Notes under the pieces: model-generated
Database searches by the model: none
The model's input: the letters and a program-made list of their open reading frames with translations, nothing else
What the model was told of the DNA's origin: nothing
Assembly (NCBI GenBank): GCA_001779925.1
Contig: MFEK01000010.1
Span: 19,377-83,376, forward strand
Source: Candidatus Doudnabacteria bacterium RIFCSPHIGHO2_01_FULL_46_14
GTDB taxonomy: Bacteria > Patescibacteriota > Doudnabacteria > UBA920 > 2-01-FULL-46-14
Reading direction: 5' to 3'
Length of the DNA stretch: 64,000 nucleotides
Translations under genes and position numbers: made by a program
Shown here: positions 62,254 to 64,000 of the stretch, one piece after another
How positions within the stretch are numbered: the stretch's first letter is position 1
How the letters are laid out: each line of letters opens with the position of its first letter

Positions 62254-63639
62254 ATGCTTGATGCGATCAATCGCCCGAGTGGCTCGGGACAATTTTCTCC
62301 GGAACCGCCGCAGCGCAAGCGCTCGCGGTTTCGGCTTTATGCGATAATTTTCATGTTTTTGCTTTTGGCCAGCGGGATTTTCATGGGCAGTAAATTGGTA
62401 ATCTTTGCCCAGAAAATTTTCGAGGGACAAAAATTCTCATTCGGAAGGCTATTTATTTCCTCTGACAAACTCGTCATCGGGGAACAGCAGGGAGAAATAA
62501 AAATCCTGCTAATGGGTATTGCCGGCGGCAATCACGACGGAGCTACTCTCGCAGACACTATGATCTTGGCTACCCTCAAACCCTCGCAAAAAAAAGATGG
62601 AGGCGTTGCTGTCAGTTTATTTTCCATTCCGCGCGACCTTGCAGTCGAGGTCCCGGGATTTGGCATAAAAAAAATAAACTCTGCCTATGCCTATGGCGAA
62701 GCGGAAAACAAGCATGACGGACCAAATCTTGCCAGAAAAGCCGTGGAAGGATTTCTAGGCATTGATATTCCTTATTACGCGGTGATTGATTTTCAGGGCT
62801 TCAAACAAATCGTTGACCATGTGAACGGAATAAACGTGAATGTTGAAATGCCGTTCACTGACCGGGAATTTCCAGACGAAAAAGGCGGCTATCTGTCGCC
62901 TCTCGTTTTTGAAAAAGGGCAGCAAAGTATGGATGGTAGGCGCGCTCTACAGTTCGTGCGCTCCAGGCACGGCGACAATGGCCAGGGCTCGGATTTTGCG
63001 CGATCGCGCCGCCAGCAGATCGTGCTCAAATCTCTCAAGGACCGGGTCTTGCGCGTGAAGGTTCTGGCCAATTTTAACCTGGTCAGTAAACTCCTTGATG
63101 ACGTCTCCGATCATTTCCGCACTAACCTCGGGCCTGCGGAGCTGCGCCGGCTCTATGATCTCACCAAAGACGCTGAGCAGGAAAACATTCTTTCGCAAAG
63201 CCTTGATGACGAGAGCGGTCTTTTGTGCGATTATATTTCGCCGGAAGATGGGGCATATCTTTTGGTCCCCTGCCAAGGATTTGGCGATTTCTCAGCGATC
63301 CGGGAGTTCTGGAAAAATCAATTCGTAGACGCACGCCTGGCTAGCGAAAACCCACGGATCGAGATTCAAAACGCTGCTACTGGAGAACCACTAGCCGGCT
63401 ATACTGCCGGGCTTCTGAAAATGCCGCACGTCAAACCGATCCTTGGCAATTTCACCGGCGATGCTGTTTATGCCCAGAGCGTTATCTATGACAACACCGG
63501 CGGCAAAAAACCGCAAACGCTATCCTACCTGCAAGACACCCTAAAGATAAAAACCGCTTCTAGTCCGTTCCCCTTCAGCACACTGGCCACTGACGGCGCG
63601 GATTTTGTGATCATTGTGACCCCTGATATAAAAAGATGA
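62254..63639 (+). CDS. LytR-CpsA-Psr (LCP) family cell-envelope phosphotransferase
   Basis: N-terminal TM, ...ILLMGIAGGNHDGATLADTMILATL...FSIPRDLAVEVPG...INSAYAYG... Confidence 0.8.
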   Translation: MLDAINRPSGSGQFSPEPPQRKRSRFRLYAIIFMFLLLASGIFMGSKLVIFAQKIFEGQKFSFGRLFISSDKLVIGEQQGEIKILLMGIAGGNHDGATLADTMILATLKPSQKKDGGVAVSLFSIPRDLAVEVPGFGIKKINSAYAYGEAENKHDGPNLARKAVEGFLGIDIPYYAVIDFQGFKQIVDHVNGINVNVEMPFTDREFPDEKGGYLSPLVFEKGQQSMDGRRALQFVRSRHGDNGQGSDFARSRRQQIVLKSLKDRVLRVKVLANFNLVSKLLDDVSDHFRTNLGPAELRRLYDLTKDAEQENILSQSLDDESGLLCDYISPEDGAYLLVPCQGFGDFSAIREFWKNQFVDARLASENPRIEIQNAATGEPLAGYTAGLLKMPHVKPILGNFTGDAVYAQSVIYDNTGGKKPQTLSYLQDTLKIKTASSPFPFSTLATDGADFVIIVTPDIKR

Positions 63640-63670
63640 TTTACCCGACTGAAATTTTTCTCTCTATATT

Positions 63671-64000
63671 ATGACAAAAATTAATAAAATTCCGGAAAAA
63701 TTTGGGCGGGTGAAAATTCTTCTAATAACGGGACTCGGCAATCCCGGTAAAAAATACGAACATACGCGCCACAACATCGGCTTTCGGGTGCTGGATGCGC
63801 TAGCGGACAAATTTTCCGCCGTATTTATTGACGAGGTAAAATTTAAATCCCAAACCTCGGCCTTTGATCACCAGACGACTCGGGTGATTTTGGCCAAACC
63901 GCAAACTTTCATGAACGATTCCGGAACTGCTGTGGCGGCCTTAAAAAACTTTTTCAAAATCCAAAACGATCATCTGCTGATTGTCCATGACGAAATGGAT
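63671..64000 (+). CDS. pth: peptidyl-tRNA hydrolase, N-terminal fragment (3-prime end outside window)
   Basis: ILLITGLGNPGKKYEHTRHNIGFRVLDALA... Confidence 0.85.
   Translation, partial: MTKINKIPEKFGRVKILLITGLGNPGKKYEHTRHNIGFRVLDALADKFSAVFIDEVKFKSQTSAFDHQTTRVILAKPQTFMNDSGTAVAALKNFFKIQNDHLLIVHDEMD

Overview
This 64-kb window is from a compact, gene-dense bacterial chromosome, with many 4-bp start/stop overlaps and long same-strand gene strings. It probably belongs to a small-genome uncultivated lineage, but I did not assign taxonomy. Recognisable core genes are: the eno tail and gpmI; asnS; a Delta9-type fatty-acid desaturase; obg; two orphan REC response regulators; a cupredoxin; mutM; a truncated rel; ndk; ppiB; split comEC; hisS; hisI-hisG plus a HisRS paralog; a complete de novo pyrimidine cluster (prs-pyrE-LOG-pyrF-pyrD then pyrC-carA-carB-pyrB); a B12-related set (DUF4430 binder, cobO, class II RNR nrdJ with nrdR and candidate NrdR boxes); ftsA-ftsZ; rpsU; lepB; an LCP protein; pth; tRNA-Asn(GTT); and tRNA-Val(CAC).

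The dominant unexplained signal is a family of roughly 38-nt GC-rich palindromic repeats. The unit is about TTTCACCCCCACCTAACC + CCTCCCCC-TCAA-GGGGGAGG, and I count about 26 units at 18 loci, often as inverted pairs. Copies sit in intergenic DNA, exactly on gene junctions, and in-frame inside conserved genes (carA, carB, pyrD, hisS, nrdJ, comEC, an NTase), where they encode P/G/R/S-rich loops. They also supply the stop codons of gpmI and of the 46355..46852 gene (both ending PSP-stop), the C-terminal tail of the first DUF559 gene, and the N-terminus of carB. This resembles Rickettsia palindromic elements (RPEs). Both DUF559 (Vsr-like endonuclease) genes in the window are bracketed precisely by inverted copies of the repeat, which suggests a composite selfish element.

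Two toxin-antitoxin cassettes (DUF433/DUF5615 and PIN/RHH) are inserted at the 3-prime ends of rel and ftsZ. Each carries a duplication of the host gene terminus (39-bp exact for rel, about 42-bp imperfect for ftsZ), which is a signature of site-specific integration.

Other points worth checking: a 680-bp non-coding region upstream of prs containing two promoter/terminator modules and Shine-Dalgarno-preceded micro-ORFs; a stand-alone 27-codon ORF with its own canonical promoter and terminator; a 28-bp GTTAAC-centred palindrome in two copies, one abutting a YerC/TrpR-like regulator gene; an AT-rich repeat family upstream of three minus-strand genes; and a GC-rich islet (11.8-14.7 kb) holding a MORN pseudogene, RidA, an amidohydrolase and a Cys-rich unknown.
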